The translations under genes were made by a program, and so were the position numbers. DNA of 64,000 nt from Bacilli bacterium (GTDB lineage: Bacteria; Bacillota_I; Bacilli_A; RF39; UBA660), in the NCBI GenBank assembly GCA_017542465.1, contig JAFXXB010000005.1, forward strand, positions 10,614-74,613. Reading direction: 5' to 3'. This document shows, piece after piece, positions 46,893 through 57,568 of the stretch. The first letter of the stretch is position 1; the number at the start of each line of letters is the position of its first letter. The notes under the pieces are model-generated. The model made no database searches. It saw only the letters and a program-made list of their open reading frames with translations, and was not told where the DNA came from.

Positions 46893-47912
46893 TTACTTAT
46901 TTATTTCAAAATAAGTAAATGAATTAAATCCAGGCTTATTCTTTAAATCCTCATCAGGTATAGTAATTTTTAAAATTGACTTACCTGTTCCTGGTGCTTC
47001 AACATGATAAATCCATGTACGAGCATTAGGTGCAGGACCAACATAAGTGATTGTTGCACCTGTATCATTACGTGTAGCAAAATTATCTAATTGGATGTTT
47101 GTTTGATCAAAATCCTTTTTAGTTAATCTATCATATGTTATTTGAATATCAAATGAATTACCATTTGGTGTTATTTCTCTTGCTACTTGATATTCTCCAC
47201 CTTCATTTATTTTAACTCTAATATAATCATATACAACATATACCTTAGTTGCTTGTTTCTTACCGTTCTTAATTACATAACATGTAGTTTCACCAACTTG
47301 ATTACCTTTTAATTCCATCTTATAAGGTTTAGCTATTTTTTCATCAGTACATTGATATGTTATATCCGAAGTATTTAATCCATATGGATATGTAGACAAC
47401 TCAGGAGCAAAATTTTTCCCTTTAGCTATAAAATAATAATCATATTTAAACTTAACTGTACCGTTTGATGGATTCATTACATTAATAACAGCTGTTATTG
47501 TAATAGAATCATACTTAGCTGTTATTGTAGCTTGTCCATTTAAATTAGATGTAACTACTTTAAATGAATTAGCATATGGTTTTATATTAACTAATTGTTC
47601 ATTACTAGATGTGAATTGAACACTTCTTAAACTAACTTTATCAAGTTTTAATAGATCTCTAACATCTACATCAGCATTTGTTGAAAAATCAAACGAATCA
47701 CTTATAAAGTTCATACTACAACCATTACAAAGTTTAATTGTTGTAGTTTCAGTTTGTTTAGTTGTTACGGTTGTTAAGTCTTCAACTACATCTTCTACTT
47801 TCTTTTTAATATCTAAACCAAAAAGAAGTATATATCCTGCTATGGCTAAAACAGTAAATATTAAAACAATAGGAAATGAATTAACAGTACCATCTTTATT
47901 TTTAAAAGCCAT
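46893..47912 (-). CDS. Membrane-anchored protein with a Big_2-like Ig domain
   Basis: N-terminal TM, TTVTTKQTETTT linker and VQFTSSNEQLVNI...GQATITAKY...VINV (Big_2 pattern). Confidence 0.55.
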   Translation of the reverse strand: MAFKNKDGTVNSFPIVLIFTVLAIAGYILLFGLDIKKKVEDVVEDLTTVTTKQTETTTIKLCNGCSMNFISDSFDFSTNADVDVRDLLKLDKVSLRSVQFTSSNEQLVNIKPYANSFKVVTSNLNGQATITAKYDSITITAVINVMNPSNGTVKFKYDYYFIAKGKNFAPELSTYPYGLNTSDITYQCTDEKIAKPYKMELKGNQVGETTCYVIKNGKKQATKVYVVYDYIRVKINEGGEYQVAREITPNGNSFDIQITYDRLTKKDFDQTNIQLDNFATRNDTGATITYVGPAPNARTWIYHVEAPGTGKSILKITIPDEDLKNKPGFNSFTYFEINK

Positions 47913-47920
47913 ATTATCAC

Positions 47921-48424
47921 CTACTTATTCTCTTTTATATATTTCATGAAATTATAACATGATTCAGATAAATCCTTATCATTTAAATAATCATCAACTG
48001 TTTTATGAGTCAATTCTACACATCTTTCAGGTTCCATATTAACAAGTTCTCCACTTAATATTCTACCTTTATAGCATAAAACGACCCAATCAATCATTTC
48101 ATTTGTATGATTATCTATATGTTGAGTATGTTGAGCACATATAAACTCATCTATAGCATACTCCGCTTTATCTCCAACCTCTTCATATAATTCTCTCATT
48201 AAGGCATCTCTGAAATTGCCATCAGTATTATCAACAGATCCACCAATAGCTTCAAGTTTACCTATCTCATCACGAGCTTTTTCTCCTCTTCTATGTAATA
48301 CTATAAGACCATCTTGATCATATAACATACATACTACACATACCTTCATTTTATGTATTTCAGGTATATATAATACTTTTTCAATTAGCTCATCTATATT
48401 TTTAACTTCTTCTGTAAATAACAT
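47921..48424 (-). CDS. NUDIX hydrolase
   Basis: Nudix box GGSVDNTDGNFRDALMRELYEEVG. Confidence 0.85.
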   Translation of the reverse strand: MLFTEEVKNIDELIEKVLYIPEIHKMKVCVVCMLYDQDGLIVLHRRGEKARDEIGKLEAIGGSVDNTDGNFRDALMRELYEEVGDKAEYAIDEFICAQHTQHIDNHTNEMIDWVVLCYKGRILSGELVNMEPERCVELTHKTVDDYLNDKDLSESCYNFMKYIKENK

Positions 48425-48425
48425 A

Positions 48426-49424
48426 TTATTTTCTCTTCCTTACACTTACTTTATATACAAATGCATTCTTATCATATATAACAGCAAATATTGTTTCTTT
48501 ATGTTTGATTATATTTATACAATCAATTGGCACTTTATATTCCCTAGAATATTTAACTAAATCATCCATACTATCAACAAATAATACTTCTTTATAAGTT
48601 AAATCTGGTATAAAGTCTATTTCAATTATATCTTTCTTATATTTGTGTTTAATTGTTTCAAGTTCATAATCATTCATATATTCGCTTGGAGATATTCTAT
48701 CAATTAAATATGCAATACATAATAAGTAAAGTATAACTGATCCTAAGAATTCTAAACAAACAATTAAGTATGTATAATTATTACCTGCTGTTTCATTTGA
48801 ATATTCTTTATAATTTCTTTCATTATTAGGAGATTTAAATATACTATTACCTGTAGTTATAGGTATATCTATTTCTATTGTTTTACTATTTGATATGAAC
48901 TTGTTAACTTCTTTATTATAAATATGATATACAACTACCATTTCATACTTAATATCTGCTTCATTCATAGTAGATATATCATTGTTGGCATCAATTAAAG
49001 CTTTTAAATCTATATTTTGAAGATGATTTATATTTATAACATTCTTACCTTCGATTTTATACTTAAATTCATCAGACTTATAAAGTACTTTCTTTTCCTC
49101 TTGAGTATCCATTACAACGCCTCTGATGTAATATGTATACTCACCAGTTACTGATTTATCAAAATTTAAATTATAATTAAAAAATAAATCTATTTTACTT
49201 ACATTGTTAATATTATATTTCTCATCTTGTTTTGAATAATAATATTTATGATCTACAGTCTCAATATTATATGTAATAGATGATTTTTCATTAACTAATA
49301 ACTCTGTCTTATATGTATTACTCTTTCTGATATTATCAAAATAGAAATAATAATATAATGAAATATTAGCTAATACTATTAAAACAATAATAAATAAAAT
49401 ATATACTATTCTTCTTTTTTTCAT
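48426..49424 (-). CDS. Hypothetical two-TM membrane protein (~332 aa)
   Basis: N-terminal TM, ~200 aa ectodomain, second TM and a ~90 aa cytoplasmic tail. The start is uncertain (TTG 49436 or ATG 49424). Confidence 0.5.
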   Translation of the reverse strand: MKKRRIVYILFIIVLIVLANISLYYYFYFDNIRKSNTYKTELLVNEKSSITYNIETVDHKYYYSKQDEKYNINNVSKIDLFFNYNLNFDKSVTGEYTYYIRGVVMDTQEEKKVLYKSDEFKYKIEGKNVININHLQNIDLKALIDANNDISTMNEADIKYEMVVVYHIYNKEVNKFISNSKTIEIDIPITTGNSIFKSPNNERNYKEYSNETAGNNYTYLIVCLEFLGSVILYLLCIAYLIDRISPSEYMNDYELETIKHKYKKDIIEIDFIPDLTYKEVLFVDSMDDLVKYSREYKVPIDCINIIKHKETIFAVIYDKNAFVYKVSVRKRK

Positions 49425-49443
49425 AGTATCACACAACCCTTTA

Positions 49444-49926
49444 TTATGCTTGATTATAATTTAATAAAACATTTACCTTTAATTCTTTATACTTATTTAA
49501 TAATGATTTTTCTTCCTTAGTTAAATTATCTTTAACAATATATTTAATCTTAGCTGAATCATATTTATTTGATCCAATATCATTTTCCAAAGTTACTTCA
49601 ACAGTTAATATGCTTTTTAATTCATCAGGTATATCAGTTATGACTTTTTCTGATAATACCGCATCATAGTCACTTGTATTATAAACATCAAAAGAAACTT
49701 CATATTCACTTATGAATTCACTTAAATCAATTAAATATGTCATATTAGTTTTATCATATCCTATTACTTCTATATTATTTGTATTTATATTATCTATATC
49801 AACATTAAAGATTTTATTTGTTTTTGCAGGTACTGAAAAAGAAATATTAGCAGATACTAAACCTATAGCTGTTAATAAAATTGCAAATACCAATAAAAAA
49901 GGATATAGTTTCTTTTTGATTTTCAT
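49444..49926 (-). CDS. Hypothetical secreted protein (160 aa)
   Basis: Signal-peptide-like N-terminus (FLLVFAILLTAIGLVSA). Confidence 0.5.
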   Translation of the reverse strand: MKIKKKLYPFLLVFAILLTAIGLVSANISFSVPAKTNKIFNVDIDNINTNNIEVIGYDKTNMTYLIDLSEFISEYEVSFDVYNTSDYDAVLSEKVITDIPDELKSILTVEVTLENDIGSNKYDSAKIKYIVKDNLTKEEKSLLNKYKELKVNVLLNYNQA

Positions 49927-49993
49927 ATTATCACACCTTATACCATAATTATAATAAATATAAGGTTTTTAGTAAATAAAAAAGAGAGTATTT

Positions 49994-50815
49994 TTACTCT
50001 CTTACTTTATCACTTAAGAAATTAACATATTTTAAGTAATCATTAGTATATCTACATAAACTTGAAGTACAATCTATTATTCCTGGTTCTACTTGTTCGT
50101 TATATTCACTCTTATAATCAGTATCATATATATAAGTTTTTTGATAACTACTATCTACTCTTTTCTCATATACTTCTTTATAGCCTTTATAATAAAATGT
50201 TAATGTGAATACATCATCCTTGTATACAATCTTATACTCACCATATGATTTTGAATATACATTACCATTCTTATTAAAACCATAATTTAATAATACATCT
50301 GGATTATAAGTTTTCTTTTGACTTAATGCAACTGTATTACGAACTACAGTTTCGCTTACAGATTTAGGTGTATGTATAATTTCTTCTCTTTCATCTGACA
50401 CATAATAATCTGCAGGGTTAATATTAACTTTCTTATTAACTGTAGTAGTTAATGAAATAATACTTATAAATATAATTAATAGAATTACACAAGATAATAC
50501 AACTATTAATATATTCTTGCCAGTATTAGATAATAAATTATCTTCTTCATCAACAATTTTCTTTTCTTTATATTCTACTTCAGTTACTTTATCCTTACGA
50601 TATTCACCATTAGTTATTTCTCTTTTTGTAACATGAAATATCTTAGCTAACTTATCAATAGTAGCTGAATCTTCTGGGAATTTTATACCTGTTTCCCAAA
50701 CAGTGATATCACTTGGTTCAACATCTAATATTTCAGCTAAATCTCTTTCAGACATATGATTAGATGTACGTAATAGTTTTAAGAATGAACCTTTTTTAAT
50801 ATTTTCTCTGTCCAT
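49994..50815 (-). CDS. XRE-family HTH protein with a TM anchor and an extracytoplasmic domain
   Basis: HTH (LKLLRTSNHMSERDLAEILDVEPSDITVWETG), then a TM and a ~150 aa C-terminal domain. Confidence 0.7.
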   Translation of the reverse strand: MDRENIKKGSFLKLLRTSNHMSERDLAEILDVEPSDITVWETGIKFPEDSATIDKLAKIFHVTKREITNGEYRKDKVTEVEYKEKKIVDEEDNLLSNTGKNILIVVLSCVILLIIFISIISLTTTVNKKVNINPADYYVSDEREEIIHTPKSVSETVVRNTVALSQKKTYNPDVLLNYGFNKNGNVYSKSYGEYKIVYKDDVFTLTFYYKGYKEVYEKRVDSSYQKTYIYDTDYKSEYNEQVEPGIIDCTSSLCRYTNDYLKYVNFLSDKVRE

Positions 50816-50925
50816 ATTAATCAACCATCCCCGTTTATTCAACTGGTATTTCCCTTTCGTTGTAGCTATATTATACTAAATTTTACGTAAATAAGCAAAT
50901 AATAAGAAAAAAGATATAGTAATAA

Positions 50926-52845
50926 CTATATCTTAAAATCATCTTCAAGTGAGAAATCAACATTCTCATTTATCCATTCTTTACGAGGTTCAACTGAATC
51001 ACCCATTAAAACAGATACTCTCTTTTCAGCAAGTAATGCATCATTTATATTAACTTTAATTAAGTTTCTTGTTTTAGGATCCATAGTAGTTACTCTTAAT
51101 GGTTCAGGATTCATCTCACCTAAACCTTTGTATCTTTGTACAGTATAATTAGATTTACCTTGTACATATTCCTTATAATCTTCATTTGTATAGAAGTAAT
51201 GGAATTCTTTACTAGGTAATGTAACCTTAAATAAAGGAGGCATTGCTATATAAAGGTGTCCTTCTTCAATTAAAGGTTTCATAAATCTATAGAAGAATGT
51301 TAATAATAAACATTGAATATGACATCCATCATCATCGGCATCGGTCATGATTATAACTTTATCATAGTTGATATCTTTACAATCAAATTCAGAACCAACA
51401 CCTCCACCTATACAATGTATAAGTGTATTTAATTCTTCATTCTTGTATGCATCAGCTAAAGATGCTTTCTCAGTATTAAGTACTTTACCTCTTAAAGGTA
51501 ATACACCTTGATACTTTCTATCTCTTGCTTGTTTAGCTGAACCACCGGCAGAAGTACCCTCGACAATGAATAATTCATTAATCTTAGAGTTTCTTGCTTG
51601 AGGTGGAGTTAATTTATCTGATAAGCTTGCTTGATCTTTCTTCTTAGTTTTACCAAGTCTTGCTTCATCTCTTGCTTTTCTTGCAGCTTCTCTTGCAACA
51701 CGAGAACCCATCATCTTTTCCATTACTTTAGTTGCTTCAGCTTTATGTTCTTGTAAATAGAACTTTAAGTTATCATAAACGATATCTTCAACAACTTTCT
51801 TAGCTTCAGGTGTTCCAAGTTTACCTTTTGTTTGACCTTCAAATTGTAATAATTCTTCAGGTATTTGTAAGTTAATAATTGCTGTTAATCCTTCTCTTGT
51901 ATCTGATCCTTCAAAGTTAGAATCTTTTTGTTTTAATATTCCATTATCTCTTGCATATTCATTAAATAACTTAGTTATTGCAGTCTTAAAACCAACTTCA
52001 TGAGATCCACCATCTGGAGTTTTAACATTATTAACAAATGATTCTATTGTTTCATTATAAGTGTCTGTATATTGTAAGGCTATATCAACATTAATTCCAC
52101 CTTTATTACCAGATACACTCATAATATTTGATATTTCTTTTTTATCTTCATTAATATATCTTACGAAAGCAGATAATCCATCTTCATAATGATAAACTTC
52201 TTTATTTATTTCATCATCAGTTCTATCTTCTATCTCAACAGTTAATCTAGGAAGTAAGAAAGCACTTTCTTGCATTCTTTCACATAGAGTAGTAAAACTA
52301 AACTTACAATTCTTAAATATATTATAGTTAGGCATGAATGTAACTATAGTACCTGTATGTTTAGCAGTACCTACAGTTTTAAGTGGTTTATCTACTTCTC
52401 CACCATTTTTAAACTTGATTTCAGATATCTTACCATCTGTGTAGATTATTACATCCATCCAATCAGATAATGCATTAACAACTGATGCACCTACACCATG
52501 TAATCCACCAGACACTTTATAGTTACCTTCTTCAAACTTTCCACCAGCATGAAGAATAGTATAAACTACTTCAGGTGTTGATTTACCAGATGCATGTTTA
52601 CCAATTGGTACACCACGTCCATTATCGGCAACAGTTAAAGAACCATCTTTATTCATGATGATTTTAATAGTATTACCATATCCATTAATAATCTCATCAA
52701 TACCATTATCGATGATTTCCCAAGCTAAATGATGTAAACCTTTTTTATCTGTAGATCCAATATACATACCTGGTCTTTTACGAACTGCTTCAAGACCTTC
52801 AAGTATCTTAATTGAACTAGCATCATATTTTTTAGTTGCTGCCAT
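50926..52845 (-). CDS. Type IIA topoisomerase subunit B (ParE or GyrB; not distinguishable here)
   Basis: ILEGLEAVRKRPGMYIGST, GHKL ATPase, Toprim (EGTSAGGSAKQARDR, DADDDGCHI). No A-subunit gene is adjacent. AAGGTGAGG SD precedes ATG 52845. Confidence 0.9.
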   Translation of the reverse strand: MAATKKYDASSIKILEGLEAVRKRPGMYIGSTDKKGLHHLAWEIIDNGIDEIINGYGNTIKIIMNKDGSLTVADNGRGVPIGKHASGKSTPEVVYTILHAGGKFEEGNYKVSGGLHGVGASVVNALSDWMDVIIYTDGKISEIKFKNGGEVDKPLKTVGTAKHTGTIVTFMPNYNIFKNCKFSFTTLCERMQESAFLLPRLTVEIEDRTDDEINKEVYHYEDGLSAFVRYINEDKKEISNIMSVSGNKGGINVDIALQYTDTYNETIESFVNNVKTPDGGSHEVGFKTAITKLFNEYARDNGILKQKDSNFEGSDTREGLTAIINLQIPEELLQFEGQTKGKLGTPEAKKVVEDIVYDNLKFYLQEHKAEATKVMEKMMGSRVAREAARKARDEARLGKTKKKDQASLSDKLTPPQARNSKINELFIVEGTSAGGSAKQARDRKYQGVLPLRGKVLNTEKASLADAYKNEELNTLIHCIGGGVGSEFDCKDINYDKVIIMTDADDDGCHIQCLLLTFFYRFMKPLIEEGHLYIAMPPLFKVTLPSKEFHYFYTNEDYKEYVQGKSNYTVQRYKGLGEMNPEPLRVTTMDPKTRNLIKVNINDALLAEKRVSVLMGDSVEPRKEWINENVDFSLEDDFKI

Positions 52846-52936
52846 ATGCCTCACCTTACTAAAATATATCAAATATACGGGCGTTTTACAATTGAAATCG
52901 TAATATTATTGTAAAATAAAAGAACCTTAACAGGTT

Positions 52937-53122
52937 CTATTTAACATCTTTTATCATTCTAGATAAATTAATAAATTCAAAAGCTGAAGGCATAGTAAAT
53001 ACTTGATTACCATCTTCATCATAAGTAATCTTTAAGAATCCAACTTTATTATCATTTCTTAATAATACTTGAAATATATTATTATTATAATTTACTTTAT
53101 ATGTTCTTCTAAATAAATACAT
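52937..53122 (-). CDS. Hypothetical small protein (61 aa)
   Basis: Short ORF between two terminators. Weak support. Confidence 0.3.
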   Translation of the reverse strand: MYLFRRTYKVNYNNNIFQVLLRNDNKVGFLKITYDEDGNQVFTMPSAFEFINLSRMIKDVK

Positions 53123-53204
53123 ACAAACCAAACCCCTTTAATTGGTTGTATATTATATATTTATATAAGAAGTTTGTCAAAAAAGAAAAAAGCGATATAA
53201 TCGC

Positions 53205-53648
53205 TTATCTTACTAATGATTCTTGCAATTTCTTTAATACATTTAAGAATTCTTCTTCTTTTTCGTAATTCATCATAGTATATCTAGATGTCTTATTAGA
53301 TACAAATTCTTTCTTGTCATCTATTTCTTTATCTACTTCAATCTTTCTAACACTTATATCCTCTTCTTCATGAACATAATTGTTATCATAATTGATTTTA
53401 CTCATATTCATTTTATTAACTAATTCTTCATATGAAATAATAGCATTATCTTCTTGTTCTTGTTCATATGATGTTAATCTAACATTAACAGGTTTATAAT
53501 TCTCACTTATATTTTTTGTAATTGCTTCTAAATCGAATCTTTCTTGTTTTTTCATGCTGTTCTCCTTTTTATTCAAATATAGTAAAAGAGCGCATACTAT
53601 TAATATAAGAATTAATAATATAATAATTGATAATAAATCTGATCCCAT
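53205..53648 (-). CDS. Hypothetical N-terminally anchored protein (147 aa)
   Basis: One N-terminal TM, then a charged cytoplasmic-type region. Confidence 0.45.
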   Translation of the reverse strand: MGSDLLSIIILLILILIVCALLLYLNKKENSMKKQERFDLEAITKNISENYKPVNVRLTSYEQEQEDNAIISYEELVNKMNMSKINYDNNYVHEEEDISVRKIEVDKEIDDKKEFVSNKTSRYTMMNYEKEEEFLNVLKKLQESLVR

Positions 53649-53686
53649 ATAACCACTTTATTTCTTTTTTTACGCTCTATTATAAT

Positions 53687-54565
53687 TTATTTTGCTATCA
53701 TTGTAAATATAACAACTACATAACCAAACAGATTATTTAACGTATGTATTCCCATGCATAAATAAATATTATTATATCTTTTATAAATATAAGCTAAACA
53801 TAAGCCCATAGTTATATATGAAAGACTATTAACTGTCTCACTCATTGAAATATTTTTTATAACATCTATCAAATTACCGCTGACTAATTGTAAAGATAAA
53901 AGTATTATTATAAATGTACCTATACAAACGATAATTGTTGATATTATTTTTCTCTTCTTAGTTAACTTAGATATTACTATTAAATTAATAAATACCGCAG
54001 CTAATAATAAGATAATTATTAAATATTGAAATTTTAACACATGTATAAGCCCAAATAATAAACCACTTATTAATACAAATAGCCAATCATTTGTAACTAC
54101 TTTTCTAATTGATCCCCTAAATATTAATTCTTCCATAAATGGTGCAAACACACACACTGATACAAACATTCCTATTGGATGTAGTTTTATTATTTGTTCT
54201 ATCATAGCCTGATTATTTGCTTCAGGATTCAAATGGAATAAAGCCGATATTAGAGAACAAACAATTGCTACTCCAATCTTAACTACCATAAATATTAGGA
54301 ATATTATAATTAGTTTTAATATGAATGACAGAATCTTACTTAATACTGTGTCACCATCAAAAGTGTTTTTAAATAACACTTTATAGTTTAATGCTATTGC
54401 AAAAATAATAAATACCAAATCACATATTATGTTTACCCAATACACATGTTCTAAATTACTTTGTACTAATTGAATATGTAATATATATTTAGCAACAAAT
54501 GATAAAACATATACAAAGAATATATAAACCATAAATGTGCTTAATGTAGACGCTAACTTTTTCAT
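53687..54565 (-). CDS. CPBP-family intramembrane metalloprotease (CAAX protease-like)
   Basis: Motifs FAPFMEELIFRG, FGLIH and HTLNN. ATG 54565 overlaps the upstream TGA stop (ATGA). Confidence 0.8.
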   Translation of the reverse strand: MKKLASTLSTFMVYIFFVYVLSFVAKYILHIQLVQSNLEHVYWVNIICDLVFIIFAIALNYKVLFKNTFDGDTVLSKILSFILKLIIIFLIFMVVKIGVAIVCSLISALFHLNPEANNQAMIEQIIKLHPIGMFVSVCVFAPFMEELIFRGSIRKVVTNDWLFVLISGLLFGLIHVLKFQYLIIILLLAAVFINLIVISKLTKKRKIISTIIVCIGTFIIILLSLQLVSGNLIDVIKNISMSETVNSLSYITMGLCLAYIYKRYNNIYLCMGIHTLNNLFGYVVVIFTMIAK

Positions 54566-55242
54566 ACAAAATACCTCAACACAAATGTGCCTAATCCAAC
54601 ATATAAAATATATGAAATATATACCATCCATATATTCTGAGCTGTTTTATGAATATATGTAATCAATGCCATGATTAATGCAGGTACTACTGTTAACCAA
54701 AAAGCATTTTCAATAGATGTATGTAGATTTAAAGCATATATTAATCCGTATAACAATCCAGCTATTAAAGCAGCTCCTATAGGAGATTTAATTACATTTG
54801 ATACTCCTAAAGGGAATATAGAAATAACTATAAATGGAATTAAAATTACATTTATAATTACTGATAATATAGTATTAATAGATACTGCTTGATCAAAATA
54901 ATTAATAAAGCCATATCCACCTACAACATGGAAAGTACCAATTAATCTATGTAATAAGAAATTAACAAAAACTAATAATACTGCAGTACCAACCGCAAAT
55001 ATACCACTTACCAATAAAGACTTAACAAATTTATTCTTTGATGAATGTATTTGAGGTCTATAAATAAGATATATGAATAAACATATAACAAGATATTTAA
55101 CAAAACTAGCAATCATATATAAATCACCAGTAAAATGAATACCTATCTTACCTAATAACCAAAACAAATAATTATCTATTAGGAAATATAATACAACACT
55201 AAGTATTAATTGTATTACCCCTTTTATTCCATTACTTTTCAT
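54562..55242 (-). CDS. Hypothetical polytopic membrane protein translationally coupled to the CPBP protease
   Basis: 226 aa with about 6 TM helices. ATGA overlap with the downstream gene. Confidence 0.5.
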   Translation of the reverse strand: MKSNGIKGVIQLILSVVLYFLIDNYLFWLLGKIGIHFTGDLYMIASFVKYLVICLFIYLIYRPQIHSSKNKFVKSLLVSGIFAVGTAVLLVFVNFLLHRLIGTFHVVGGYGFINYFDQAVSINTILSVIINVILIPFIVISIFPLGVSNVIKSPIGAALIAGLLYGLIYALNLHTSIENAFWLTVVPALIMALITYIHKTAQNIWMVYISYILYVGLGTFVLRYFV

Positions 55243-55352
55243 GTAACCACCATAATAACATTATAAACGCATTACATATTGTTTACAATTTATATTTGTA
55301 AAATAAATGTTTATTGACATGTATTTTTACAATAAATAAAACCGAGTATACA

Positions 55353-56267
55353 CTACTCAGTTTTGATAAAATTATTCAACATCACTAGCAATTCCTTAGT
55401 CTCTGGAGTTTTGTTACCTAGGCCTTGGAATGCATGATAACCATTTTTAGATATTACCAGTTTACATGGTACATCATTTTCTAAGCACTTATTGTAAAGT
55501 ACATACGACTCTGTAAATAATGATTCATTATTATCCACACTTATAAAACATTTAGGAATATATTTGTTAACAAATAATAATGGGCTAGCTAAATAATCTT
55601 TCTTTTTATATTTACCTAATACCATCTTACTCATTGGTTTCTTACAATCTAAACTAACAACCACATCTTCTATTTCATTAACAGGTTTATATGTTCCTGT
55701 CATATCCAACAATGGACTATTTAAGAATAAGCATTTAGGTTTCTTCTTTTTTTCTTTAATTATCTTTTCAACCATACCTAAAGCTAAACATCCTCCAGCA
55801 GAACATCCACCTATTATAAAATTAGATGTTGGATATTTAATAGTTAATAAATCATATATACTACTTAATACTTTATGCATCTCTTGTATATCGTTTTCTG
55901 GTGCTCTTGGATAATCTATAGAACAAACACACAATCCTGTTGTATCAGCTAATGCATATGTATAATTTCTACATTGAGCAGCTGATCCAATAACAAATCC
56001 TCCACCATGAATATATATTATGATATCATCGCCATATTTTTTCTTTGGTGTTATAAACTCAAATCTGATTTTTCCTTTTTCATATGTTCTTAAATGGAAA
56101 CCTGCAGGTGGTTTAAGTATCTTAAAAGCACCATCAAGAATCTTTCTTGTTTTAACCCAATTAATCTTATCCATATTACCATCAAAAGGAAATTTAGATG
56201 AAATCATATTTTGTTGTTTCTTATGCTTCATCAACTTTTTAGATTTTAACTCAAATACCTCAATCAT
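55353..56267 (-). CDS. Alpha/beta hydrolase (esterase/lipase, HSL-like)
   Basis: Oxyanion HGGGF and nucleophile elbow GCSAGG. Confidence 0.8.
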   Translation of the reverse strand: MIEVFELKSKKLMKHKKQQNMISSKFPFDGNMDKINWVKTRKILDGAFKILKPPAGFHLRTYEKGKIRFEFITPKKKYGDDIIIYIHGGGFVIGSAAQCRNYTYALADTTGLCVCSIDYPRAPENDIQEMHKVLSSIYDLLTIKYPTSNFIIGGCSAGGCLALGMVEKIIKEKKKKPKCLFLNSPLLDMTGTYKPVNEIEDVVVSLDCKKPMSKMVLGKYKKKDYLASPLLFVNKYIPKCFISVDNNESLFTESYVLYNKCLENDVPCKLVISKNGYHAFQGLGNKTPETKELLVMLNNFIKTE

Positions 56268-56268
56268 A

Positions 56269-57504
56269 TTAACCTCTTGTTATTTCTTCAATAGCTTTAA
56301 TTAATCCTAATTTACCATATGTATAAGTTAATGAACCTTGTTGATACGCAATATAAGGTGGTCTTATAGGACCATCACAAGATAATTCAATAGAAGATCC
56401 TTGTGTAAAACATCCAGCAGCCATAATTACTTGATCATCATATCCAGGCATATCCCATGGAAGTGGTAAAGCATTTGAATCTACTGGAGATCCTTTTTGA
56501 ATTCCTTGTACATATTTAATTAACATATCAGAATTGTTAAAAATAATATTTTGAACTATATCAGGTCTAGCTTCATTATACTTAGGAGAAACATCATAAC
56601 CCAATTCTTCTAATACACATGCTGTTAACGTTGCAACTTTTAAAGATGAAGCAACAACAGATGGTGCTAGAAATAATCCTTGATAGAATTGTTTATTAAT
56701 ACCTAATGATGGACCTACTTCTTTACCTTCTCCTGGTAATGTTAAACTTTCACCTACTAGTTCAATTAAATCTTTTCTACCAACTACATAAGCGCCATTT
56801 GGAGCAATTCCACCACCTAAGTTTTTTATAAGTGAACCTACACATATATCACATCCTACTTCAATAGGATTCTTTTCTTCTGTAAATTCACAATAACAAT
56901 TATCAACCATAATAATTATATCTTTATTGATACTTTTAATTAACTTAGCTACTTTTTCTATTTTATCTATAGTAATTGATTTTCTTGTAGAATATCCTTT
57001 ACTTCTTTGTATCTCAATTACTTTTACTTTATTATTATTTAAATAATCTTCTATTTTAGAATAATCAAAATCATCATCAACAAGATCAATTTCATCATAT
57101 TTAATACCAAACGATTTTAATGATGAATTATTATCTTTTATACCTATTACTTCATGAAGTGTATCATAAGGAGTTCCACTTATAGATAATAATAAATCAG
57201 TTGGTCTTAAAAGAGCGAAGAAAGTTTTAGCTAAAGCATGTGAACCAGATATAAATTGATTTCTTACAATTGCATCTTCTGCATTAAATATATCTTTATA
57301 TATTAATTCTAAGGTATCTCTACCTAAATCACTATAACCATATCCAGTTGTACCATTAAAACACCCTTCAGACACATTATTCTTTTGAAAGGCATCCAAG
57401 ACTTTATTAGAATATAAAAACTCTAAAGAATCAATTCTATCAAATTCTTCACTACACTTTTCTTCTGCTTTATTGATTAATTCAACAATTTCTTTTCTTT
57501 CCAT
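56269..57504 (-). CDS. YnbB-type PLP enzyme (aluminium-resistance / Met gamma-lyase-like family)
   Basis: 411 aa. N-terminal pattern GTTGYGYSDLGRD...FISGSHA is typical of this family. Confidence 0.7.
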   Translation of the reverse strand: MERKEIVELINKAEEKCSEEFDRIDSLEFLYSNKVLDAFQKNNVSEGCFNGTTGYGYSDLGRDTLELIYKDIFNAEDAIVRNQFISGSHALAKTFFALLRPTDLLLSISGTPYDTLHEVIGIKDNNSSLKSFGIKYDEIDLVDDDFDYSKIEDYLNNNKVKVIEIQRSKGYSTRKSITIDKIEKVAKLIKSINKDIIIMVDNCYCEFTEEKNPIEVGCDICVGSLIKNLGGGIAPNGAYVVGRKDLIELVGESLTLPGEGKEVGPSLGINKQFYQGLFLAPSVVASSLKVATLTACVLEELGYDVSPKYNEARPDIVQNIIFNNSDMLIKYVQGIQKGSPVDSNALPLPWDMPGYDDQVIMAAGCFTQGSSIELSCDGPIRPPYIAYQQGSLTYTYGKLGLIKAIEEITRG

Positions 57505-57568
57505 AACTGGTCATCCCTTTTCTAGAACATATTATACAATAAAAAAGTATCATTGTCATATGATACTC

